Assembly (NCBI GenBank): GCA_030704615.1
Contig: CM060731.1
Location: forward strand, 23,870,001-23,934,000
Origin: Takakia lepidozioides
Taxonomy: Eukaryota > Plantae > Bryophyta
Direction of reading: 5' to 3'
DNA length: 64,000 nucleotides
Below the pieces are notes generated by a model. It was not told the origin of the DNA and did not search any database. It was given only the letters and a program-made list of their open reading frames with translations. This document shows positions 51,342-63,018 of this stretch, piece by piece. The position numbers and the translations under genes were made by a program. The first letter of the stretch is position 1, and every line of letters begins with the position of its first letter.

Positions 51342-52630
51342 ACAGAGAAAAATAAGTACTCCTTCAAAAACAATTCTGCACAACACACATGGTACACATT
51401 AGAATCTTGGGATTGGACTGCAATGGTGGACTGCCGGAGTGGACTGTAACAGCGACCTGTATCAGCGGGCAGAGCCACTGGACTCGGCCAGTGGACAGTA
51501 CAATGCCATGACGTTGATGTGCTGGAATAACCCCATTGGACTACCCAGTGGACTTCCCCATTGAACTTCCCCTAGCTAGGACTGGGGCAGCGGACTGCAT
51601 CAGCGGACTGCCCCATTGGACTGCCACAGCGGACTGCCGAGCGGACTTGCCAGGGACTGTCGAGTGGACTTGGCAGCGGACGGCCGACCCCTGGGACTGC
51701 TGAGTGGACTTGGCAGCGGACTGCCGAGCGGACTTGCCGGGGACTGCCAGCGGACTTGCCAGGGGACTGATGACCGGACTTGACAACGGACTACCAGTGG
51801 ATTTGCCCAGCGAACTGCCATCGGGTTTCGCCACAGGAGTCTGCCAGTGGACTATAGCAATGGACTGCTACAGTGGACCTCGACAATGGACCGGTGCTGT
51901 GGACCAACAGACTTACCGAATAGCGTTGATTTCTGCTTCGGCATCGTCCACAATGAAGGCATTGGGTCGCCAACTCGGCAAATCTGCGAGGAGTGAATCG
52001 CGCAAGGCTCTCACCCACGGAACCAGGTCTCTTGTCCGATCCCTCGCGGATAGGATATAGGCAACTGGTATACCGTTCAACCACTCGTCGAAGACCATCA
52101 ACGTGTACAATGGGAACTGTTGGAATGCATAATGTAAGATGGTCAGAGCATGCAAATTCCGCTCAGTTCTGCACGAGAAGACTTCATAAGAGTGATGAGG
52201 TCTGTTTGGTTCACAATGGGTCTGCCTCTCGGTCTTCCGCAATGTACACAACCCTAAACATACAGAAAGGGTCAGCACACCAAATATTATGTGAATGTTG
52301 CATGGTACTATGCTATCATGCTCGTACAAGTCCATGGAATCGTTCGAATAGTACCTTGTCATGATTTGTCCCAAAGGTTGCATCATATGCAACGATACGG
52401 TCATGTCCTAGTTCCAGCATTCATCGTTTCTGCCACGGAGTCTATATGCCAATAGTGAATGTCAAATCTCCATCAAAATGCTCGAATGTTGGCTCTAATT
52501 TCTCCTCTTGATAGAAAAAAACGGACGCAGGATTCTGGTCTCTCCACATGCGCACACTCTCTGCATCATCGGCGTGCTTTTTGAAGGTTTGCCACGCACG
52601 TTTCTTGGCAAGGATATGGGAGACCTCATG
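51342..52630 (-). pseudogene. MULE transposase, catalytic N-terminal half (inverted); exons ~52630-52355, 52116-51917, 51375-51342
   Basis: DDAESVRMW..FFYQ..GI*TPWQ..YDATFGTNHDK/FPLYTLMVFD..GIPVAY..FIVDDAEAEINAIR/IVFEGVLIFLC; two in-frame stops. Confidence 0.88.
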
Positions 52631-52704
52631 TAGTGTAGAGGGGGACCACGCAACGAGAAAAGAGCGCTTCGGTGGGTTGCAAGGAGAATCCCTCGTATGA
52701 GGTC

Positions 52705-53743
52705 AAAATACCCAAAAAGACATGAATTTCTAGACTATATCGAACAGTACTAGAAGCCCAAAATAGCAATGTGGTATACAGCAGCCCGCCATGTCCCTCA
52801 TGCGAGCCAAGACACAAACGCAAGCATTGAGGCATACCATGGAAATCTGAAGGCAAGACTTGCCATGGGGAAAGGCAAGATGAGTGGTCGTAGAGTGGAC
52901 TGGCTTATATGGGAACTCACTGGCCGTGTGCTAACACACTACTGGTACGCAATCCATTTGAAGACCCACGGGTACATAAGAAATGACAAACACGAAAAGT
53001 ACATATCCAGTTCTATACTTGCGGCACGAGACATTCCTGCTGAGAGTGTTACTCTTCCCTTGGGTCCTGGTGAACCAGCCTACGTTCTCAGCAACAACCA
53101 CCCCGGCACAACATACATTGTTTACAATCCTGATTGCGATTGGGGTTGTTGCACGTGCCCATGGGCAATGAAGGGAAACTTATGCAAGCATCAGGTCCGT
53201 GTCCTGAAGATGCTTCACCCTGACCTGCAGGATGGCCTCCTTGTGCGCGCTTGTGGCACGGCGCTGGGAACCATTCATGGAGGATTACCTAACTTGCTCT
53301 TGGGCAATGGTGCCGGCGGCAACGACGAATCCAATCAGTTCATGGAAAGACATCCTCCGGACGACTTTCCCTACGACGAGGCACCTCTGGAGGTCTCAGC
53401 CTCATTGGAACAAGAATTCGCGGACGTACTTTGCATTGTAGGTGATGACAAATACCTGGAGGCATCTGCTCTTCATATGTGCAAAGGGCAGCTCGTTGAT
53501 ATCCTGGCGAAAAGTGCGGCTGGAATGTTGCACCCTGCGGCAGCGAAGGCTTTCCGTCCTCTGAACGACAACAACAACATGTCTCTGAAAAGGAGACGAG
53601 ATTTCGTGGAAGTCTGGAAAACCCGGCCTAGGGTTTTGCGGAGAACCAGCAAGAGGGTGTCTGCACCTGCACCTGCAGCACATATATACTCGAAAATTCG
53701 CAAGGTTTCAGGTCGTGTAGATGTCACGAAGAAGACAATATAA
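52705..53743 (+). pseudogene. MULE transposase C-terminal half with catalytic Glu and SWIM zinc finger
   Basis: FLDYIEQY*K..W...DTNASIEAYHGNLK, RRVDWLI, CTCPWAMKGNLCKHQ. Confidence 0.9.
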
Positions 53744-53951
53744 GTCTGCAATGCCTCGAAAAGAGACAAGGTTTCACGTCGTGTAGGTGTCACGGAGAAG
53801 ACAATATAAGTCTACAATTCCTCGAAAAGAGACAAGGTTTCATGTCGTGTAGGTGTCACGAAGAAGACAATATAAGTCTGCAATTCCTCGAAAAGAGACA
53901 AGGTTTCATGTCGTGTACGTGTCACGAAGAAGACAATATAAGTCTGCAATT
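53701..53951. repeat. 66-bp tandem repeat, ~3.8 copies
   Basis: CAAGGTTTCA recurs at 53701, 53767, 53833 and 53899. Confidence 0.93.
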
Positions 53952-54485
53952 CTTCTGGTAGCATTGTCCCTTTCTGAAATACAAGTCCGCAATGGACTAA
54001 TGCACAGTCTCCCAACGGACTCCTCCAGTCTCCCAACTAATTCCCACACAGTCTCCCAAGCATAGTCTCCCAACGGACTCACGCATAGTCTCCCAACAGA
54101 GTCACAGTCAACAGACTGCGAGTGCCAGTAAGTCAGTCTGCTGCCCACTCCAAAACTCTGCTCACCACACTTCCACCTCATCCCTGCAACTTATGCCAAT
54201 CCAGCGTCCCAGCGGACTCATGGACATGGTGCCTCCCAGACTAGGTACCACACCCAGCAGTCCTAGCCTCGGCAGCGTACTGCTCGCACATTCAAGCTCA
54301 GCAGACTCGGGTGCCCAGTGCATGGAAAATTTGACACCATTGTGTCCATTGAGTTTAGTGACAACATTACAAAACATGCCAGCACCCACAGTACACAAAA
54401 GTGCTCATCACCACTGGAATAGTAAGCGAAAAGACTCGCATTTTTTATTTCGGTACATAGACTTCACATGACAAGTACATCATAC

Positions 54486-57400
54486 TCATGAGAGCAGTTT
54501 CTCTACATTGTCCAACCCCCGCACGATATACTGGGCACACTGCATTCGCTGCCCAAGTGCAAACTTGAAAGAAAACCAGTCCTTCGTGAAAGGTGTTCCT
54601 CTCTCTGGCTTTGCAGTCTTGGAGACATTTGCTCTGACTTTTATCCACTCATAAAACACTTGAATGAATGACATGACGTAAAAACCACACTCCCAGCTGA
54701 ATGGTTGCTGGGGCACATCAGGCGCGTGGAACTGAAATGCTTGGACAATCTCATGCCACTCTGGTGAGTCCATCGAGTACCCTAAGCACTGCGCATGAAG
54801 CTTCCGAATCCACCCTAGAACAATGGGACATTTATGCAAGTCCCTGATAGAGTTCAGGTGAGTGTAACAGCCCTTGCGGAGGTCGATGATACAAACACTC
54901 CAGTGCCCCCTGCAATGGTATCAAACAACATGGTGTCATTGCACAATCATGATGGGCAGACTCATCAAACTGACAGTCAGCAGACCGACCACTCAACAGA
55001 CTCAGCACTCAGCAGACTCAATCTTCAAACCTAGTCCACTGCACAAATACAGAGGTCAACTTAATCGCTCAGAGTCAAGACGACACTGCGAAACCAGACT
55101 ATGACTCAGGAGACAGTCTCAGCAGACTCAGAAGAGTTCTTACTCGTCCCCAATTGGCACCAAAATGAAATCGCACTCTTTCAAGTCCTTGCCCAGTCGT
55201 TCAGTGCTGAGGCAACCTTTCAAGACCTCCAGAAGGCTTTCATGTTGCCCCACCCCCAATGACTTCAACACCGTCCACGTCGACGTTGGAAGAACAACAA
55301 TAGTGTTGGTGAACGCAGCCTCAACCGACTTCTCATAGAATCGACACCACAGCTCTAGGAGTCTATCTGTGCACTCCGACTCAACCTTCTGGACCGCCTT
55401 TATGTCATCCGGCGACAGTCCGCATTCAAACCGTGGGTCCCCTTCAAAAAACATCAGCATGGAATTACCCGCCTTCACGTGCAGAGCATGTGCTTTGCCA
55501 AACCGAGCACCCATCCTGCACAGAGCAGACCATCCTTCGGGAAGCCTCATGTACTGAACAGACTGACGTCAACATGGTACCAAACACTCTACAGGCTGAA
55601 CAATTCATCAGACTGACAAGACTAACCACAACAGACAATGATGAAACCAACAGCAGACTGACCAGCGTGCAGACTGACCACAACAGACCGCAAAGCACTT
55701 AACGACAAAGACAGACGAGGAGACTGAGCACAGTACTCACCTGTGCTGCTCCAGGAAACGACCCACATCTTTGTCCATGTCCAAGGCCAGCTTGCGGTTC
55801 TTGTTCATAAAGACGCCAGACTTTTTCTTCGCCGGTCTCTTGGTACTCGGACCCTCCTCGACCTCCTCAGCATGGTCCACGACAGTCCGCTTCTTGGCTT
55901 TGCCTCTCCCCTGGGAAGCAGGGACAGCTGTAGGCGGGCTGGATAGAGCAGACAAACGCAGCGCTGCCGCCCTACTTCGCAACAGAGGCTGGTCAGCAGG
56001 TTTGTTTACACTTGCTGGACCTGTCTTTGCAGCTTCGTGGGTCGCATGCGTAGAACTGACCCGCGCATCGGGGGGCGTGCTCACCCCCACACCTTTGATC
56101 GATCCCACATTTGCAGCATGAGCGGAAGATGTCATGTCCTCAGAAGTAGACAGTCTGCCGACGGAGGGACGAACATCCTGTGAGGATACCGAGCAAAATG
56201 TCGAATTAGCCCAATTTCACAATGTGCTAAAACATAAACAACAGTGCTGAAAGAGGAAATGGCACAACCTGCCCAAGGGGTGAGGGAGCAGACTCCATGT
56301 AATCCAGCGCTATACCAGACGGTGTTTGCGCCGCATGTGGTTCCTTGTCAGTGTGTCTGCCAGCATGTTCAGTCTGTTGCTCAATGTGGGCAGTGTGCTC
56401 GGCCGTTGGTTCTTCGTCAGTCCTTTCGTCTGTGAACTGTGCAGTCTGCTGGCAACTCTGCGGTTCAGTCTCTTCCTCAATGTGGGCAATGTGCTCGGTG
56501 GCAGGTTGGTCGTCAGTCCTTCCTTCTGTGAAGTGTGCAGTGTGCTGGTCAGGCCGTGCAATCTGAACTGTGTAGTCAGAGCTGAGCTGTGCAGTCTGCC
56601 GCTCCGAGCCATCCTGGTCAGTCCTTCCATCTGTGACCTGTGCAGTCTGCTGGTTAGTCTGCGGTTCGGTCTGCTCATCAATGAAGACAGTATGCTGCCC
56701 CGCCACAGGTTGCTCGGCAGTCCTTCCATGTGTCCACTGTTCAGTGTGCTGGTCAGTCTGGTGGACAGCCGGCTGGGTGTTCGGATCTCCATGGACTTGG
56801 GAAACATCAAGAACATGTATGGAAGACCCACCGGCAATTGCTTCCTCAGACTCTTCTGTAAGATCTATGATACGGTTTTGCGTTCCCAGATTGAGTTCGG
56901 TCATCACGTAAGACTCATCTATGGCTTTCGCCACTGAGCGCACGAAAACGGGACTAACCTGGAAGGTCATAGAAGGCAGGCCACGGGGAGCTGGATAAGA
57001 ATGCTTTACCGGTGACCTGATGACGTCGTCAGTGAATGTGCCTGGGGGGAAAGTGGACTCGGTCAAAACACTCATACTGGCAGATCCAAAAACATGTTGT
57101 TGGGAACTCAGCAAAAATTCGTCCACAGGGTCCCGGTGAGGCCAGTGCATCCGAGTCTATTGCACAATCCAGGGAACAGACTGGCTGTTAGTCTCCTGGA
57201 TAGTCTGCTTGGCCATCTGCTGAGTGGGTTCGCCAGTGTGCTGCACAGTCTGCTGAGGGGCAATCTGCTGGCTGGATTTGTCGGTGTGCTGCACGGTCTG
57301 CTGAGGGGCAATCTGCTGGCTGGATTCGTCGGTCTGCTGTACAGTTTGCTGAGGGGCAGTCTGGTGGCCATGTTCGCTGGTCTGCTCGGCTGAAGGGCAG

Positions 57401-60240
57401 TCTGTTGGTTGGTCTGTTCTCCGGTCTGCTGCAAAGTCTGCAAAGTTCGCTGCCCGCTCAGTACTGTTTGCACATACTGAGTATGTGTGTGCGGGGCAGT
57501 CTGCTGGGAGTGATCCGGCCTATTACCCGGGACGGTCTGGTGCACATGCTCGGTCTCCAGCACTTGGGCAGTCTGCCCACATGTGTCGTGGGGAATATGT
57601 TGTTCGACATTCTTGTGGCCAGTCTGCTGGACAGTCTCCCGAACTCCTTGTAAAGCCAGGACAAGGTCCTTGCACCTCTGGCAAAAGAGTCGAAAGCAGC
57701 CTGCACTTGCTTGTCTCCCAGATCAACTCGCCCTGCAACACATGTTTATGCAAATGTGAACTTGTAAAAAAATTGGCAAAAGAAATTGAGCTGAAACACG
57801 AAAGTTGCCCATAACATTTTACCTTCCAAGAGATTTCCGACGAGGCCAATGTCCTTGATTTGCCGGCACAGGCATGCTCCATCGAGATGAGCAATGGCGC
57901 CGATGCGGTCTTCAGTTGGGATCCCACACCACATGACTTTGAAGACATTGGGATTCTGCAAAACAATGTCGAATACTGCTCGCTCCATCACCAATGCAAA
58001 CCAGTGCAATGCGTCATCCACCACAAACTTCTGTGAATGGTCTGTTCCATGGAGTAAGTCCATCCTCAAACTATGCAGATCCTTCATCAACTTGTTGTAT
58101 GAGCGGAAATTGCCAAATTGCATCCATCTGTGTTGTAGGAAGGAAGCTGCCATGCGCTCAAAGTCCTCCTCAGTCAATCCGAACAAGTGTTTTCTTTGCA
58201 CCCCAAAGGTTGGATGTGCCATAGGCATATGTCTGAGGTCTTCAGGCCGTGGGTCATCCATGAGAATCAGCTGCACAAGTAGAGGCGACGCATTTTGGTC
58301 GCTTGTGGCTTCAATGGCAACAGCAGAGGCGGCTTCTAGAACATGGTTGGCTTCCTCAATAGAAAACTCCATGGAATAATGAAAGGGTACAAATGACCAC
58401 CGGCGGTCCGCAACAATCCGGTGGAGCTCATTATGCCAATCCAAATGGGGATTAATTTCTCTCACCCTAAGCTGGGGAAGTGTGAGGTCTTCAGCTCCGG
58501 GTCGAATTACCGGTGATAACGATCGCCAAACTGCAAAAAACGTCGTGCTATGTGAAAGAAAGGCAGCCTGCTGGTCAGTCTGCTGGTCCGCAGTCTGTTG
58601 GATGACAGGACTTCCCATTGGCATGGGCTGCATGATGGGCTTCTGGAGAGGAGTCTGCAAGATGACAGGCTGCTCGTTGGGAGTCTGCTCTGTTGGAGTC
58701 TGCTGGATGACAGGCTGCTGAACGGGAGTTTGCTGGATGACGGCCTGCTAAATGGGAGTCTGCTGGATGGCAGACTCGGCTGTCCCAGACGCAGTCCCCC
58801 CCGACGCGTCTTCAATATGTAATGCCGCTATAGCAGCAGATGACCCAGGATACTTCAATAATATGTACTCTCGCACGCGGTCCACTTCCGCACGCACTGC
58901 AGTCGCTTGTAAAGGAGCATCATTGCTAGGTATCCGCCAAGTCTGAATGGCCCTACGAATAGAAACACGTTCATCCTGGTACACGGCAGAGAACTTCGAC
59001 GAACATGGACGTGGACTCTATATTCACCTCATGCAGCGGACTGGACTCACAGACCAGCAGACTGTAACGTGCGTACGTAGGGTGGAGGCAACTAGTAGAC
59101 TATACCAGTGGACTGGACCAGCAGACTGACAAACGGACTCAGTAAGTAATGCAGCGATATAAAACAGACTAACTGACGAGCGGACTGAGCCAGCGGACTG
59201 AGGAGAGAACGCAGGGGACTGACCAGACTGAATAGGCAACGTGACCCCGATGATGGACTCAAACAGCACAGAGAACAGACTGGGCGGTCAGACTGACCAT
59301 TACCTCCTCTACTTCATCATCGTCATCTTCATCTTCAAAGCTGTTCAACCAGTTCTGTTCCGCCTGTCGGATTAATGTGCGTAGCAGACCTGACTGGGCA
59401 ACTCTGTAGAAATAACGGAAGAAGTCTGGATCCCCAATTGGTGGGCACTCTGGTGGGAAAAGCCCAAAGTCAACGAGGCACAATGTGCCAGGGCAGACTG
59501 GCCCTTCAGTGCTCTGTTGAGTTTTTGGTTTTGACCCTAAACCGATGGCATGGGTCGCGATATTTGTGTGAGTCTGCTGCCGAGTCTGGTCCACTGGACT
59601 TGTCACCCCTTCCAGGCCCTGAGCAGATTCACTTTCAGTATCAGTACTGATGGTGTGGGTCTGCCGCCCAGGACGGGGTTCAGTCTGTTGTGTGGATTTT
59701 GCCCTTGCCTCGCGAGCAGACCTTGCAGCCTTCTCCTTTTTTTGCCTCTCCCTTTTTTGGGCCCCATCACTCAGTTTACGTTTTCTGGGAGCGTCCAGCG
59801 TTCCCTGCACTTGCAAATCCTCCATTGACGGGCCACCACAATGGACGCCATACCGTGCGCGCACTTCGTCTAATTCCAAAGTGCGGGGGTCAAGCACTGA
59901 TCCGCGCAAGGGCCTCTTTGACAATCGACATTTCTTTCAGTATCGGCCAAGGCTTGAAATCCCGTGGAATCATTGCAACAATCTCCTTGCAACCCGTGTC
60001 AACACAATGCCGATTTAGTTGGATTTTGTCCTTGATTACCTCTTCACAGAAGGGACAGAAGAGCTTGTCCTTCTGCCAATTCGAGTTTTTGGGCTTCCGG
60101 GCGCGGAGGTCTACAAATGCTTCCACTATTTTATGATCAAACTCGTCTGGTGAGTACCAGTACCTTTGCTCATTCTTCAGTCTGGTTTGGTGCACAAAAT
60201 CCAACCAGTCCGCTTCACCTTTTTCACAAGCATCCTCCAT
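54486..60240 (-). pseudogene. MULE accessory gene: N-terminal C2HC-like zinc finger, unknown domain, Q/T-rich linkers, C-terminal Ulp1-like (C48) protease
   Basis: CPFC..LNRHCVDTGC near the start; last exons 55553-55144 and 54909-54486 give ILVPIGDEGHWSVCIIDL..HLNS..PQQPFSWECGFYVM. Several stops and frameshifts; internal splice junctions not fully resolved. Confidence 0.8.
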
Positions 60241-60859
60241 CGCTGCAGAATGAAACGAAGGTGCAAGGACAATGAGCGACAGAGCGACAGATAGGAGTCC
60301 TATGAAAAGACTCACCCTAAGCAAGAAGAGGACACAGAATGGAATGGAAACACCGTAGCAAGTGAGAACCTCACCGAGCCGATGAACTTCGAGTTGTTAC
60401 GAAGGCGAGCGTGTTTGCGACGCTTCGCGGCTCACCGCGACTCTCCACACCTGGGGAAGAACGGTCGTCTTTCGTTACGGTGATGGAAACGCAAAGAGGA
60501 AAACAAAGCAGTGCAAAACTGTGCGAAGAAACATGCGCGAAGAGAATGGAGAAAATAGAAGTGGAAGGGGGAAAGCGGGCATGGTACTGCCAACGTGACG
60601 CGATTTCACAGGTGCCAACTATCCGCCGTCATCGCATTGAATACGTCCACCGAACGAACGGATCGTACTAAATTCATCCATGCTCCTCGCAAGTGCAGCA
60701 GACTCATTTTCCATCGGGCCGAGAGTCCACCGGACCGCCAGTCCAGCGGACTATTCGCTTTGCTGAGGCGAAGCGGCTTCATATTGGAGGCACTTCACTG
60801 CCAGCGGAATGAAGACAAAAGAGAGTAAGGGGAGAACAGGAAAGTCGAACACACCCATT

Positions 60860-61812
60860 GCGAACAGACTCGCGGCACAACAGACTGATGCATGCACAGT
60901 CCAATAGACTGATATCCATAGAGGAGAACTATCCAGCAGACGGACGTTTCGCCAGACTGGTGGGAGAACAAGCCAAAAGACTGACCGGAGGGAAAATAAG
61001 AAGTCAAACAGACTTAGTGCAACAGACTTCCGACACAACAGACTGACAAATTCACAAGTGCAACAGACTGATATCCCAACAGACGGACTTCCAGCAGACC
61101 GCCTCCAAACTGACTGTTATGCACGTGATAAGGGGAATATCCGGAGCACTGACGGGCCAGTGGACCCACTGTGAACAGACTTGCGACACAACACACTGAT
61201 GCATGCACAGTCCAACAGACTGATATCCATAGATGAGAACTGTCCAACAGACGGACGTTTCGCCAGACTGGCGGGAGAACAAGCCAAAAGACTGACCGGA
61301 GGAAAAATAAGAAGTCAAACAGACTTAGTGCAACAGACTTCCGATACAACAGACTGACAAATTCACAAGTGCAACAGACTGATATCCCAACATACGGACT
61401 TCCAGCATACCGCCTCCAAACTGACTGTTATGCACGCGATAAGGGGAATATCCGGAACACTGACGGGCCAGCGGACCCGCTGTGAACAAACTCACGAAAC
61501 AACAGACTGATGTATGCACAGTCCAACAGACTGATATCCATAGAAGAGAACTGTCCAGCAGACGGACGTTCCGCCAGACTGGCGGGAGAACAAGCCAAAA
61601 GACTGACCGGAGGGAAAATAAGAAGTCAAACAGACTTAGTGCAACAGACTTCCGACACAACAGACTGACAAATTCACAAGTGCAACAGACTGATATCCCA
61701 ACAGACGGACTTCCAGCAGACCACCTCCAAACTGACTGTTATGCATGCGATAAGGGGAATATCCGGAGCACTGACGGGCCAGCGGACCCACTGTGAACAG
61801 ACTCGCGACACA
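60860..61812. repeat. 311-bp tandem repeat, ~3 copies, rich in CAGACT
   Basis: G(T/C)GAACA(G/A)ACT recurs at 60860, 61171, 61482 and 61793. Confidence 0.95.
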
Positions 61813-63018
61813 ACGAACCTCAAACATCCACGCGCATTTGCAGATGCAATTGTCTCAGACATCTCCCGTCGTGGCTCAGACATCTACATTCAGCAGGTGC
61901 GTGTGGATGTTTGAGGACCTTACGACTGGATGGTGTTCCGTGACGACTCGAATTGCTTTTTTGTGCTGCCATCCCTTATATAATACTATGTGGATCCATC
62001 ACAAAGCTGGGTTTCTTCATATTCTCCACCCTTTTCCACAACTTATGCACGACGGATGTAAGCCGCTATACTTGGTCACATAAACAGTCCCATCGTCCGA
62101 TACGAAATCTGCAATACACGCCCCCATGTGCATACGCTTCCACCATTTTCGCGCCCATGTTACCCATGGGTTCCTTTAACGAACTAAACTTGTGAAGGCT
62201 CTCATGAGGGATGCAGTACGAAGGGGCTAAACGTATCATGACGGATCACAAGCAGAGGACGTTATCGACGACAGATGTCCGCATTTTCCATATTTATGAC
62301 ATAGAACCAAACCATAAAACGAAGGTTCCCGAAAGCACAACAAAAAGGCAAAAATAGTGGAAGCATATGCACGATGGTGGCTGTAGTGCCCAGACAGTCC
62401 TCTCATGTTCAAGCACACGCTTCATCATCATCATGAACATCGCGCGCAAAAGAGGAACAGTCGCGTGCATGGAAACGCCTACCGCAACATCGGACAACAA
62501 ACAGCCGTCAAAAGAGAGCGGCCGGGATTTGGTGGGAAGATCACTGTCATTTTCGCAGCCCTAAAAATGGAGGGCTCGGATGGGCTATGGGAATGGACGG
62601 AGGCGATCCTGCGCCGTCAGCGGACTGGATGGCAGGGGACTGGCCAGCGGACTGGCGGGCAGACTGGCGGACTGGCAGACTGCTGGGCACCGGACTGGCC
62701 GACTGCTGGGCACCGGACTGGCCAGCACCAGACTGGCAGGCAGACTGGCGGACAGGCAGACTGCTGGGCAGCCGACTGACCAGTAGCCGACTGGCAGACT
62801 GGAGGGCAGCGGACTCATGGGCGGGGGACTGGCCGTGCGGCGGACGGGGGCGCGGGCGCGGTTGCTGCAGCCGCGCCCGCGGCTGGGCGACCGCGCGCAG
62901 CGGCGGGCGGGGCGGGCGGGGTGCTGGGGAGCCGGGCGTCCGTGCGCGGGGCCCACCGGCCACATCGCACGTGCCCATTGAAGACCCTATTATCTTAAAA
63001 TGAGAGGCAAAAAATAAT

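Larger units (their letters stand above)
50844..63008. mobile_element. 12.2-kb Mutator-like element with long TIRs (50844-51186; 62555-63008)
   Basis: TIRs begin GCCTCTCATTTTAAGATAATAGGGTCTTCAATGGGCA; 9-bp TSD GAAAAATAA / AAAAAATAA (8/9 match); contains transposase and Ulp1-like genes. Confidence 0.95.

Noticed and set aside
50849-51478. 209-aa ORF (and its mirror at 62587-63003)
   Set aside because: Products of GC-rich TIR repeats, not genes.
53701-61812. Tandem repeats as CRISPR-like arrays
   Set aside because: Units are contiguous with no unique spacers, and the context is a eukaryotic transposon.
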